Below, one piece after another: positions 1 through 15,000 of a stretch of DNA of 64,000 nt. Within the stretch, counting starts at the first letter, position 1. The number at the start of each line of letters is the position of its first letter. The notes beneath the pieces were generated by a model that had not been told where the DNA came from, made no database searches, and saw only the letters and a list, made by a program, of their open reading frames with translations. Both the position numbers and the translations under genes were made by a program. Source of the stretch: Eledone cirrhosa (lineage: Eukaryota); NCBI GenBank assembly GCA_964016885.1, contig OZ024740.1:418128001-418192000 (forward strand), given 5' to 3'.

Positions 1-3000
1 TGACATTTGCCATAGTGAAACTGACATCTTTTGGTATGTAGTCTACATGAGAGACAGAGGATAGTAAAGGTCTGACAGATTGTCCACTTCAATGACATCT
101 GCCATAGTGAAACTGACATCTTTAGGTATGTTGTCTACATGAGAGACAGAGGATAGTAAAGGCCTGAGAGATTGTCCACTTCAATGACATCTGCCATAGT
201 GAAACTGACATCTTTTGGTATGTAGTCTACATGAGAGACAGAGGATAGCATAGGCCTGACAGATTGTCCACTTCAATGCCCTCTGCCATAGTGAAACTGA
301 CATCTTTTGGTATGTAGTCTACATGAAAAACAGAGGATAGTAAAGACCTGACAGACTGTGAACTTCAATGACATCTGCCATAGTGAAACTGACATTTTTT
401 GGAATGTAGTCTACATGAAAGACAGAGGATAGTAAAGGCCTGAGAGATTGTCCACTTCAATGACATCTGCCATAGTGAAACTGACATATATTGGTATGTA
501 GTCTACATGAGAGACAGAGGATAGTATAGGCCTGACAGACTGTCCACTTCAATGACATCTGCCATAGTGAAACTGACATCTTTTGGTATGTAGTCTACAT
601 GAGAGACAGAGGATAGTAAAGGCCAGACTGACTGTCCACGTCAATGACATCTGCCATAGTGAAACAGACATCTTTTGATATGTAGTGTACATGAGAAACA
701 GAGGATAGTAAAGGCCTGACAGACCGTCCACTTCAATGACATGTGCCATATTGAAACTGACATCTTTTGGTATGTAGTCTACATGAGAGACAGAGCATAG
801 TAAAGGCCTGACAGACTGTCCACTTCAATGACATCTGCCATAGTGAAACTGACATATTTGGTATGTAGTCTACATGAGAGACAGAGGATAGTAAAGGCCT
901 GACAGACTGTCCACTTCAATGACATCTGCCTTAGTGAAACTGACATCTTTTGGTATGTAGTCAACATGAAATATAGGATATTAAAGGCCTCACAGACTGT
1001 CCACTTCAATGACATCTGACATAGTGAATCTCACATCTTTTGGTATGTAGTCTCCATGAAAGACGGAGGATAGTAAAGGCCTGACCGATTGTCCACTTCA
1101 ATGACATCTGCCATAGTGAAACTGACATCTTTAGGTATGTTGTCTACATGAGAGACAGAGGATAGTAAAGGCCTGAGAGATTGTCCACTTCAATGACATC
1201 TGTCATAGTGAAACTGACATCTTTTGGTATGTAGTCTACATCAGAGACAGAGGATAGCATAGGCCTGACAGATTTTCCACTTCAATGACATCTGCCATAG
1301 TGAAACTGACATCTTTTGGTATGTAGTCTACATGAGAGACAGAGGATAGTAAAGGCCTGACAGATTGTCCACTTCAATGACATCTGCCATAATGAAACTG
1401 ACATCTTTTGGTATGTAGTCTACATGAGAGACAGAGGATAGCATAGGCCTGACAGATTGTCCACTTCAATGCCCTCTGCCATAGTGAAACTGACAACTTT
1501 TGGTATGTAGTCTACATGAAAAACAGAGGATAGTAAAGACCTGACAGACTGTGAACTTCAATGACATCTGCCATAGTGAAACTGACATTTTTTGGAATGT
1601 AGTCTACATGAAAGACAGAGGATAGTAAAGGCCGGAGAGATTGTCCACTTCAATGACATCTGCCATAGTGAAACTGACATATATTGGTATGTAGTCTACA
1701 TGAGAGACAGAGGATAGTATAGGCCTGACATACTGTCCACTTCAATGACATCTGCCATAGTGAAACTGACATCTTTTGGTATGTAGTCTACATGAGAGAC
1801 AGAGGATAGTATAGGCCTGACAGACTGTCAACTTCAATGACATCTGCCATAGTGAAACTGACATCTTTTGGTATGTAGTCTACATGAGAGACAGAGGATA
1901 GTAAAGGCCTGACAGACTGTCCACTTCAATGACATCTGTCATAGTGTAACTGACATCTTTTGGTATGTAGTCTACATGAGAGACAGAGGATAGTAAAGGC
2001 CTGACAGACTGTCCCCTTCAATGACATCTGCCATAGTGAAACTGACATCTTTTGGTACGTAGTCTACATGAAAAACAGAGGATAGTAAAGGCCTGACAGA
2101 TTGTCCACTTCAGTGATATCTGCCATAGTGAAACTGACATCTTTGGGTATGTTGTCTACATGAAATATAGGATAGTAAAGGCCTGACAGACTGTCCACTT
2201 CAATGACATCTGACATAGTGAATTTGACATCTTTTGGTATGTAGTCTACATGAAAGACAGAGGATAATAAAGGCCTGACAGATTGTGAACTTCAATGACA
2301 TCTGCCATAGTGAATCTGACATCTTTTGGTATGTAGTCTACATGAGAGACAGAGGATAGTAAAGGCCTGAGAGATTGTCCACTTCAATGACATCTGCCAT
2401 AGTGTAACTGACATATTTTGGTATGTAGTCTACATGAGAGACAGAGGATAGTATAGGCCTGACAGACTGTCCACTTCAATGACATCTGCTATAGTGAAAC
2501 TGACATCTTTTGGTATGTAGCCTACATGAGAGACAGAGCATAGTAAAGGCCTGACAGACTGTCCACTTCAATGACATCTGCCATAGTGTAACTGACATCT
2601 TTTGGTATGTAGTCTACATGAGAGACAGAGGATAGTAAAGGCCTGAGAGACTGTGAACTTCAATGACATCTGCCATAGTGAAACTGACATCTTTTGGTAT
2701 GTAGTCTACATGAAAGACAGAGGATAGTAAAGGCCTGACAGTTTGTCCACTTCAATGACATATGCGATAGTGAAACTGACATCCTTTGGTATGTAGTCTA
2801 CATGAGAGACAGAGGATAGTATAGGCCCGACAGACTGTCCATTTCAATGACATCTGCCATAGTGAAACTGACATTTTTTGGTATGTAGTCTACATGAGAG
2901 ACAGAGGATAGTATAGGCTTGACAGACTGTCCACTTCAATGACATCTGCCATAGTGAAACTGACATCTTTTGGTATGTAGTCTACATGAGAGACAGAGGA

Positions 3001-6000
3001 TAGTAAAGGCCTGACAGACCGCCCACTTCAATGAAATCTGCCACAGTGAAACTGACATCTTTTGATATGTAATCTACATGAGAAACAGAGGATAGAGTAC
3101 GTGTGACAGACTGTTCACTTTAATGACATCTGGCATAGTGAAACTGACATCTTTTGGTATGTAGTCAACATGAAATATAGGATATTAAAGGCCTGACAGA
3201 CTGTCCACTTCAATGACATCTGACATAGTGAATCTCACATCTTTTGGTATGTAGTCTACATGAGAGACAGAGGATAGCATAGGCCTGACAGATTGTCCAC
3301 TTCAATGCCCTCTGCCATAGTGAAACTGACATCTTTTGGTATGTAGTCTACATGAAAAACAGAGGATAGTAAAGACCTGACAGACTGTGAACTTCAATGA
3401 CATCTGCCATAGTGGAACTGACATTTTTTGGTATGTAGTCTACATGAAAGACAGAGGATAGTAAATGCCTGAGAGATTGTCCACTTCAATGACATCTGCC
3501 ATAGTGAAACTGACATATATTGGTATGTAGTCTACATGAGAGACGGAGGATAGTATAGGCCTGACAGACTGTCCACTTCAATGACATCTGCCATAGTGAA
3601 ACTGACATCTTTTGGTATGTAATCTACATGAGAGACAGAGGATAGTATAGGCCTGACAGATTGTCCACTTCAATGACATCTGCCATAGTGAAACTGACAT
3701 CTTTAGGTATGTTGTCTACATGAGAGACAGAGGATAGTATAGGCCTGAGAGATTGTCCAATTCAATGACATCTGCCATAGTGAAACTGACATATTTTGGT
3801 ATGTAGTCTACATGAGAGACAGAGGATAGTATAGGCCTGACAGACTGTCCACTTCAATGACATCTGCCATAGTGAAACTGACATCTTTTGGTATGTAGTC
3901 TACATGAGAGACAGAGGATAGTATAGGCCTGACAGACTGTCCACTTCAATGACATCTGCCATAGTGAAACTGACATCTTTTGGTATGTAGTCTACATGAG
4001 AGACAGAGGATAGTAAAGGCCTGACAGACTGTCCACTTCAATGACATTTGCCATAGTGAAACTGACATCTTTTGGTATGTTGTCTACATGAGAAACAGAG
4101 GATAGTAAAGGCCTGACAGATTGTCCACTTCAATGACATCTGCCATAGTGAAACTGACATCTTTTGGTATGTAGTCTACATGAGAGACAGAGGATAGTAA
4201 AGGCCTGACAGATTGTCCACTTCAATGACATCTGCCATAGTGAAACTGACATCTTTTGTTATGTAGTCTACATGAGAGACAGAGGATAGTAAAGGCCTGA
4301 CAGATTGTCCACTTCAATGACATCTGCCATAGTGAAACTGAAATCTTTTGGTATGTAGTCTACATGAGAGACAGAGGATAGCATAGGCCTGACAGATTGT
4401 CCACTTCAATGACATCTGCCATAGTGAAACCGACATCTTTTGGTATGTAGTCTACATGAAAGACAGAGGATAGTAAAGACCTGACAGACTGTGAACTTCA
4501 ATGATATCTGCCATAGTGAAACTGACATTTTTTGGTATGTAGTCTACATGAAAGACAGAGGATAGTAAAGGCCTGAGAGATTGTCCACTTCAGTGACATC
4601 TGCCATAGAGAAACTGACATCTTTTGGTATGTAGTCTACATGAGAGACAGAGGATAGTAAAGGCCTGACAGATTGTCCACTTCAATGACATCTGCCATAG
4701 TGAAACTGACATCTTTTGGTATGTAGCCTACATGAGAAACAGAGGATAGCTTAGGCCTGACAGATTGTCCACTTCAATGACATCTGCCATAGTGAAACTG
4801 ACATTTTTTGGTATGTAGTCTACATGAGAGCCGGAGGATAGTATAGGCCTGAGAAACTGTCCACTTCAATGACATCTGCCATAGTGAAACTGACATCTTT
4901 TGGTATGTAGTCTACATGAGAGACAGAGGATAGTATAGGCCTGACAGACTGTCCATTTCAATGACATCTGCCATAGTGAAACTGACATCTTTTGGTATGT
5001 AGTCTACATGAGAGACAGAGGATAGTATAGGCCTGACAGACTGTGAACTTCAATGACATCTGCCATAGTGAAACTGACATTTTTTGGTATGTAGTCTACA
5101 TGAAAGACAGAGGATAGTAAAGGCCTGAGAGATTGTCCACTTCAATGACATCTGCCATAGTGAAACTGACATATTTTGCTATGTAGTCTACATGAGAGAC
5201 AGAGGATAGTAAACACCTGACAGACTGTCCACTTCAATGACATTTGCCATAGTGAAACTGACATCTTTTGGTATGTTGTCTACATGAGAGACAGAGGATA
5301 GTAAAGGCCTGACAGATTGTCCACTTCAATGACATCTGCCATAGTGAAACTGACATCTTTTGGTATGTAGTCTACATGAGAGATAGAGGATAGTAAAGGC
5401 CTGACAGATTGTCCACTTCAATGACATCTGCCATAATGAATCTGACATCTTTTGGTATGTAGTCTACATGAGAGACAGAGGATAGTAAAGGCCTGAGAGA
5501 TTGTCCACTTCAATGACATCTGCCATAGTGAAACTGACATCTTTTGGTATGTAGTCTACATGAGAGACAGAGGATAGTAAAGGCCTGATAGATTGTCCAC
5601 TTCAATGACATCTGCCATATTGAAACTGACATCTTTTGGTATGTAGTCTACATGAGAGACAGAGGATAGTATAGGCCTGACAGACTGTCCACTTCAATGA
5701 CATCTGCAATAGTGAAACTGACATCTTTTGGTATGTAGTCTACATGAGAGACAGAAGATAGTATAGGCCTGACAGACTGTCCACTTCAAGGACATCTGCC
5801 ATAGTGAAACTGACATCTTTTGGTATGTAGTCTACATGAAAAACAGAGGATAGTATAGGCCTGACAGACTGTCCACTTCAATGACATCTGTCATAGTGAA
5901 ACTGACATCTTTTGGTATGTAGTCTACATGAAAAACAGTGGATAGTAAAGACCTGACAGACTGTGAACTTCAATGACATCTGCCATAGTGAAACTGACAT

Positions 6001-9000
6001 TTTTTGGTATGTAGTCTACATGAAAGACAGAGGATAGTAAAGGCCTGAGAGATTGTCCACTTAAATGACATCTGCCATAGTGAAACTGACATCTTTTGGT
6101 ATGTACTCTACATGAAAGACAGAGGATAGTAAAGGCCTGAGAGATTGTCCACTTCAATGACATCTGCCATAGTGAAACTGACATATTTTGGTATGTAATC
6201 TACATGAGAGACAGAGGATAGTATAGGCCTGACAGACTGTCCACTTCAATGACATCTGCCATAGTGAAACTAACATCTTTTGGGATGTAGTCTACATGAG
6301 AGACAGAGGATAGTAAAGGCCTGACAGACTGTCCACTTCAATGACATTTGCCATAGTGAAACTGACATCTTTTGTTATGTTGTCTACATGAGAGACGAGG
6401 ATAGTAAAGGCCTGACAGATTGTCCACTTCAATGACATCTGCCATAGTGAAACTAACATCTTTTGGTATGTAGTCTAGGTGAGAGATAGAGGATAGTAAA
6501 GGCCTGACAGATTGTCCACTTCAATGACATCTGCCATAGTGAAACTGACATCTTTTGGTATGATGTCTACATGAGAGACAGAGTATAGTAAAGGCCTGAC
6601 AGATTGTCCACTTCAATGACATCTGCCATAGTGAAACTGACATCTTTTGGTATGTAGTCTACATGAGAGACAGAGGATAGTAAAGGCCTGACAGATTGTC
6701 CACTTCAATGACATCTGCCATAGTGAAACTGACATCTTTTGGTATGTAGTCTACATGAGAGACAGAGGATAGTAAAGGCCTGACAGATTGTCCACTTCAA
6801 TGACATCTGCCATAGTGAAACTGACATCTTTTGGTATGTAGTCTACATGAGAGACAGAGGATAGCATAGGCCTGACAGATTGTCCACTTCAATGACATCT
6901 GCCATAGTGAAACCGACATCTTTTGGTATGTAGTCTACATGAAAGACAGAGGATAGTAAAGACCTGACAGACTGTGAAATTCAATGACATCTGCCATAGT
7001 GAAACTGACATTTTTTGGTATGTAGTCTACATGAAAGACAGAGGATAGTAAAGGCCTGAGAGATTGTCCACTTCAATGACATCTGCCATAGCGAAACTGA
7101 CATCTTTTGGTATGTTGTCTACATGAGAGACAGAGGATAGTATAGGCCTGACAGACTGTCCACTTCAATGACATCTGCCATAGTGAATCTGACATCTTTT
7201 GGTATGTAGTCTACATGAGAGACAGAGGATAGTAAAGGCCTGACAGACTGTCCACTTCAATGACATTTGCCATAGTGAAACTCACATCTTTTGGTATGTT
7301 GTCTACATGAGAGACAGAGGATAGTAAAGGCCTCACAGATTGTCCACTTCAATGACATCTGCCATAGTGAAACTGACATCTTTTGGTATGTAGTCTACAT
7401 CAAATACTGGATAGTATAGGCCTGACAGACTGTCCACTTCAATGACATCTGCCATAGTGAAACTGACATCTTTTGGTATGTAGTCTACATGAAAGACAGA
7501 GGATAGTAAAGGCCTGAGAGATTGTCCACTTCAATGACATCTGCCATAGTGAAACTGACATCTTTAGGTATGTAGTCTACATGAGAGACAGAGGATAGTA
7601 AAGCCCTGACAGATTGTCCACTTCAATGACATCTGCCATAGTGAAACTGACATATTTTGGTATGTAGTCTACATCAAATACTGGATAGTAAAGGCCTGAC
7701 AAATTGTCCACTTCAATGACATCTGCCATAGTGAAACTGACATCTTTTGGTATGTAGTCTACATGAAAGACAGAGGATAGTAAAGGCCTGAGAGATTGTC
7801 CACTTCAATGACATCTGCCATAGTGAAACTGACATCTTTAGGTATGTAGTCTACATGAGAGACAGAGGATAGTAAAGCCCTGACAGATTGTCCACTTCAA
7901 TGACATCTGCCATAGTGAAACTGACATTTTTTGGTATGTAGTCTACATGAGAGACAGAGGATAGTATAGGCCTGACAGACTGTCCACTTCAATGACATCT
8001 GCCATGGTGAAACTGACATCTTTTGTTATGTTGTTTACATGAGAGACGAGGATAGTAAAGGCCTGACAGATTGTCCACTTCAATGAGATCTGCCATAGTG
8101 AAACTAACATCTTTTGGTATGTAGTCTACATGAGAGATAGAGGATAGTAAAGGCCTGACAGATTGTCCACTTCAATGACATCTGCCATAGTGAAACTGAC
8201 ATCTTTTGGTATGATGTCTACATGAGAGACAGAGGATAGTAAAGGCCTGACAGATTGTCCACTTCAATGATATCTGCCATAGTGAAACTGACATCTTTTG
8301 GTATGTAGTCTACATGAGAGACAGAGGATAATAAAGGCCTGACAGATTGTCCACTTCAATGACATCTGCCATAGTGAAACTGACATCTTTTGGTATGTAG
8401 TCTACATGAAAGACAGAGGATAGTATAGGCCTGACAGACTGTGAACTTCAATGACATCTGCCATAGTGAAACTGACATCCTTTGGTATGTAGTCTACATG
8501 AGAGACAGAGGATAGTAAAGGCCTGACAGATTGTCCACTTCAATGACATCTGCCATAGTGAAACTGACATCCTTTGGTATGTAGTCTACATGAGAGACAG
8601 AGGATAGTAAAGGCCTGACAGATTGTCCAATTCAATGACATCTGCCATAGTGAAACTGACATCCTTTGGTATGTAGTCTACATGAGAGACAGAGGATAGT
8701 AAAGGCCTGACAGATTGTCCACTTCAATGACATCTGCCATAGTGAAACTGACATCTTTTGATATGTAGTCTACATGAGAGACAGAGGATAGTAAAGGCCT
8801 GACAGATTGTCCACTTCAATGACATCTGCCATAGTGAAACTGACATCTTTTGGTATGTAGTCTACATGAGAGACAGAGGATAGCATAGACCTGACAGATT
8901 GTCCACTTCAATGACATCTGCCATAGTGAAACCGACATCTTTTGGTATGTAGTCTACATGAAAGACTGAGGATAGTAAAGACGTGACAGACTGTGAACTT

Positions 9001-12000
9001 CAATGACATCTGCCATAGTGAAACTGACATTTTTTGGTATGTAGTCTACATGAAAGACAGAGGTTAGTAAGGGCCTGAGAGATTGTCCACTTCAATGACA
9101 TCTGCCATAGAGAAACTGACATCTTTTGGTATGTAGTCTACATGAGAGACAGAGGATAGTAAAGGCCTGACAGATTGTCCACTTCAATGACATCTGCCAT
9201 AGTGAAACTGACATCTTTTTGTATGTAGTCTACATGAGAAACATAGGATAGCATAGGCCTGACAGATTGTCCACTTCAATGACATCTGCCATAGTGAAAC
9301 TGACATTTTTTGGTATGTAGTCTACATGAGAGCCGGAGGATAATATAGGCCTGAGAGACTGTCCACTTCAATGACATCTGCCATAGTGAAACTGACATCT
9401 TTTGGTATGTAGTCTACATGAGAGACAGAGGATAGTATAGGCCTGACAGACTGTCCACTTCAATGACATCTGCCATAGTGAAACTGACATTTTTTGGTAT
9501 GTAGTCTACATGAGAGACAGAGGATAGTATAGGCCTGACAGACTGTCCACTTCAATGACATCTGCCATAGTGAAACTGACATCTTTTGTTATGTTGTTTA
9601 CATGAGAGACGAGGATAGTAAAGGCCTGACAGATTGTCCACTTCAATGAGATCTGCCATAGTGAAACTAACATCTTTTGGTATGTAGTCTACATGAGAGA
9701 TAGAGGATAGTAAAGGCCTGACAGATTGTCCACTTCAATGACATCTGCCATAGTGAAACTGACATCTTTTGGTATGATGTCTACATGAGAGACAGAGTAT
9801 AGTAAAGGCCTGACAGATTGTCCACTTCAATGACATCTGCCATAGTGAAACTGACATCTTTTGGTATGTAGTCTACATGAGAGACAGAGGATAGTAAAGG
9901 CCTGACAGATTGTCCACTTCAATGACATCTGCCATAGTGAAACTGACATCTTTTGGTATGTAGTCTACATGAGAGACAGAGGATAGTAAAGGCCTGACAG
10001 ATTGTCCACTTCAATGACATCTGCCATAGTGAAACTGACATCTTTTGGTATGTAGTCTACATGAGAGACAGAGGATAGCATAGGCCTGACAGATTGTCCA
10101 CTTCAATGACATCTGCCATAGTGAAACCGACATCTTTTGGTATGTAGTCTACATGAAAGACAGAGGATAGTAAAGACCTGACAGACTGTGAAATTCAATG
10201 ACATCTGCCATAGTGAAACTGACATTTTTTGGTATGTAGTCTACATGAAAGACAGAGGATAGTAAAGGCCTGAGAGATTGTCCACTTCAATGACATCTGC
10301 CATAGCGAAACTGACATCTTTTGGTATGTTGTCTACATGAGAGACAGAGGATAGTATAGGCCTGACAGACTGTCCACTTCAATGACATCTGCCATAGTGA
10401 ATCTGACATCTTTTGGTATGTAGTCTACATGAGAGACAGAGGATAGTAAAGGCCTGACAGACTGTCCACTTCAATGACATTTGCCATAGTGAAACTCACA
10501 TCTTTTGGTATGTTGTCTACATGAGAGACAGAGGATAGTAAAGGCCTCACAGATTGTCCACTTCAATGACATCTGCCATAGTGAAACTGACATCTTTTGG
10601 TATGTAGTCTACATCAAATACTGGATAGTATAGGCCTGACAGACTGTCCACTTCAATGACATCTGCCATAGTGAAACTGACATCTTTTGGTATGTAGTCT
10701 ACATGAAAGACAGAGGATAGTAAAGGCCTGAGAGATTGTCCACTTCAATGACATCTGCCATAGTGAAACTGACATCTTTAGGTATGTAGTCTACATGAGA
10801 GACAGAGGATAGTAAAGCCCTGACAGATTGTCCACTTCAATGACATCTGCCATAGTGAAACTGACATATTTTGGTATGTAGTCTACATCAAATACTGGAT
10901 AGTAAAGGCCTGACAAATTGTCCACTTCAATGACATCTGCCATAGTGAAACTGACATCTTTTGGTATGTAGTCTACATGAAAGACAGAGGATAGTAAAGG
11001 CCTGAGAGATTGTCCACTTCAATGACATCTGCCATAGTGAAACTGACATCTTTAGGTATGTAGTCTACATGAGAGACAGAGGATAGTAAAGCCCTGACAG
11101 ATTGTCCACTTCAATGACATCTGCCATAGTGAAACTGACATTTTTTGGTATGTAGTCTACATGAGAGACAGAGGATAGTATAGGCCTGACAGACTGTCCA
11201 CTTCAATGACATCTGCCATGGTGAAACTGACATCTTTTGTTATGTTGTTTACATGAGAGACGAGGATAGTAAAGGCCTGACAGATTGTCCACTTCAATGA
11301 GATCTGCCATAGTGAAACTAACATCTTTTGGTATGTAGTCTACATGAGAGATAGAGGATAGTAAAGGCCTGACAGATTGTCCACTTCAATGACATCTGCC
11401 ATAGTGAAACTGACATCTTTTGGTATGATGTCTACATGAGAGACAGAGGATAGTAAAGGCCTGACAGATTGTCCACTTCAATGATATCTGCCATAGTGAA
11501 ACTGACATCTTTTGGTATGTAGTCTACATGAGAGACAGAGGATAATAAAGGCCTGACAGATTGTCCACTTCAATGACATCTGCCATAGTGAAACTGACAT
11601 CTTTTGGTATGTAGTCTACATGAAAGACAGAGGATAGTATAGGCCTGACAGACTGTGAACTTCAATGACATCTGCCATAGTGAAACTGACATCCTTTGGT
11701 ATGTAGTCTACATGAGAGACAGAGGATAGTAAAGGCCTGACAGATTGTCCACTTCAATGACATCTGCCATAGTGAAACTGACATCCTTTGGTATGTAGTC
11801 TACATGAGAGACAGAGGATAGTAAAGGCCTGACAGATTGTCCAATTCAATGACATCTGCCATAGTGAAACTGACATCCTTTGGTATGTAGTCTACATGAG
11901 AGACAGAGGATAGTAAAGGCCTGACAGATTGTCCACTTCAATGACATCTGCCATAGTGAAACTGACATCTTTTGATATGTAGTCTACATGAGAGACAGAG

Positions 12001-15000
12001 GATAGTAAAGGCCTGACAGATTGTCCACTTCAATGACATCTGCCATAGTGAAACTGACATCTTTTGGTATGTAGTCTACATGAGAGACAGAGGATAGCAT
12101 AGACCTGACAGATTGTCCACTTCAATGACATCTGCCATAGTGAAACCGACATCTTTTGGTATGTAGTCTACATGAAAGACTGAGGATAGTAAAGACGTGA
12201 CAGACTGTGAACTTCAATGACATCTGCCATAGTGAAACTGACATTTTTTGGTATGTAGTCTACATGAAAGACAGAGGTTAGTAAGGGCCTGAGAGATTGT
12301 CCACTTCAATGACATCTGCCATAGAGAAACTGACATCTTTTGGTATGTAGTCTACATGAGAGACAGAGGATAGTAAAGGCCTGACAGATTGTCCACTTCA
12401 ATGACATCTGCCATAGTGAAACTGACATCTTTTGGTATGTAGTCTACATGAGAAACATAGGATAGCATAGGCCTGACAGATTGTCCACTTCAATGACATC
12501 TGCCATAGTGAAACTGACATTTTTTGGTATGTAGTCTACATGAGAGCCGGGGGATAATATAGGCCTGAGAGACTGTCCACTTCAATGACATCTGCCATAG
12601 TGAAACTGACATCTTTTGGTATGTAGTCTACATGAGAGACAGAGGATAGTATAGGCCTGACAGACTGTCCACTTCAATGACATCTGCCATAGTGAAACTG
12701 ACATTTTTTGGTATGTAGTCTACATGAGAGACAGAGGATAGTATAGGCCTGACAGACTGTCCACTTCAATGACATCTGCCATAGTGAAACTGACATCTTT
12801 TGTTATGTTGTTTACATGAGAGACGAGGATAGTAAAGGCCTGACAGATTGTCCACTTCAATGAGATCTGCCATAGTGAAACTAACATCTTTTGGTATGTA
12901 GTCTACATGAGAGATAGAGGATAGTAAAGGCCTGACAGATTGTCCACTTCAATGACATCTGCCATAGTGAAACTGACATCTTTTGGTATGATGTCTACAT
13001 GAGAGACAGAGGATAGTAAAGGCCTGACAGATTGTCCACTTCAATGATATCTGCCATAGTGAAACTGACTTCTTTTGGTATGTAGTCTACATGAGAGACA
13101 GAGGATAGTAAAGGCCTGACAGATTGTCCACTTCAATGACATCTGCCATAGTGAAACTGACATCTTTTGGTATGTAGTCTACATGAAAGACAGAGGATAG
13201 TATAGGCCTGACAGACTGTGAACTTCAATGACATCTGCCATAGTGAAACTGACATCCTTTGGTATGTAGTCTACATGAGAGACAGAGGATAGTAAAGGCC
13301 TGACAGATTGTCCACTTCAATGACATCTGCCATAGTGAAACTGACATCCTTTGGTATGTAGTCTACATGAGAGACAGAGGATAGTAAAGGCCTGACAGAT
13401 TGTCCAATTCAATGACATCTGCCATAGTGAAACTGACATCCTTTGGTATGTAGTCTACATGAGAGACAGAGGATAGTAAAGGCCTGACAGATTGTCCACT
13501 TCAATGACATCTGCCATAGTGAAACTGACATCTTTTGATATGTAGTCTACATGAGAGACAGAGGATAGTAAAGGCCTGACAGATTGTCCACTTCAATGAC
13601 ATCTGCCATAGTGAAACTGACATCTTTTGGTATGTAGTCTACATGAGAGACAGAGGATAGCATAGACCTGACAGATTGTCCACTTCAATGACATCTGCCA
13701 TAGTGAAACCGACATCTTTTGGTATGTAGTCTACATGAAAGACTGAGGATAGTAAAGCCGTGACAGACTGTGAACTTCAATGACATCTGCCATAGTGAAA
13801 CTGACATTTTTTGGTATGTAGTCTACATGAAAGACAGAGGATAGTAAAGGCCTGAGAGATTGTCCACTTCAATGACATCTGCCATAGAGAAACTGACATC
13901 TTTTGGTATGTAGTCTACATGAGAGACAGAGGATAGTAAAGGCCTGACAGATTGTCCACTTCAATGACATCTGCCATAGTGAAACTGACATCTTTTGGTA
14001 TGTAGTCTACATGAGAAACATAGGATAGCATAGGCCTGACAGATTGTCCACTTCAATGACATCTGCCACAGTGAAACTGACATTTTTTGGTATGTAGTCT
14101 ACATGAGAGCCGGAGGATAGTATAGGCCTGAGAGACTGTCCACTTCAATGACATCTGCCATAGTGAAACTGACATCTTTTGGTATGTAGTCTACATGAGA
14201 GACAGAGGATAGTATAGGCCTGACAGACTGTCCACTTCAATGACATCTGCCATAGTGAAACTGACATCTTTTGGTATGTAGTCTACATGAAAAACAGAGG
14301 ATAGTAAAGACCTGACAGATTGTCCACTTCAATGACATCTGCCATAGTGAAACTGACATCTTTTGGTATGTAGTCTACATGAGAGATAGAGGATAGTAAA
14401 GGCCTGACAGATTGTCCACTTCAATGACATCTGCCATAATGAATCTGACATCTTTTTGTATGTAGTCTACATGAGAGACAGAGGATAGTAAAGGCCTGAG
14501 AGATTGTCCACTTCAATGACATCTGCCATAGTGAAACTGACATCTTTTGGTATGTAGTCTACATGAGAGACAGAGGATAGTAAAGGCCTGACAGATTGTC
14601 CACTTCAATGACATCTGCCATATTGAAACTGACATCTTTTGGTATGTAGTCTACATGAGAGACAGAGGATAGTATAGGCCTGACAGACTGTCCACTTCAA
14701 TGACATCTGCGATAGTGAAACTGACATCTTTTGGTATGTAGTCTACATGAGAGACAGAAGATAGTATAGGCCTGACAGACTGTCCACTTCAATGACATCT
14801 GCCATAGTGAAACTGACATCTTTTGGTATGTAGTCTACATGAAAAACAGAGGATAGTATAGGCCTGACAGACTGTCCACTTCAATGACATCTGCCATAGT
14901 GAAACTGACATCTTTTGGTATGTAGTCTACATGAAAAACAGAGGATAGTAAAGACCTGACAGACTGTGAACTTCAATGACATCTGCCATAGTGAAACTGA

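Noticed and set aside
1-92. Hammerhead ribozyme satellite, as in newt or schistosome satellites (GAAAC and CTGA words present)
   Set aside because: There is no CUGANGA on either strand (CTGACAGA and CTGAGAGA are off by one base), and I could not build stems I-III around GAAAC. An Infernal/RNAbob scan would settle it.
1-92. tRNA, snRNA or spliced-leader gene array (G|GTATGT donor-like word in each unit)
   Set aside because: No cloverleaf, no A/B boxes and no spacer or promoter between units; a 6-7-nt match is expected by chance.
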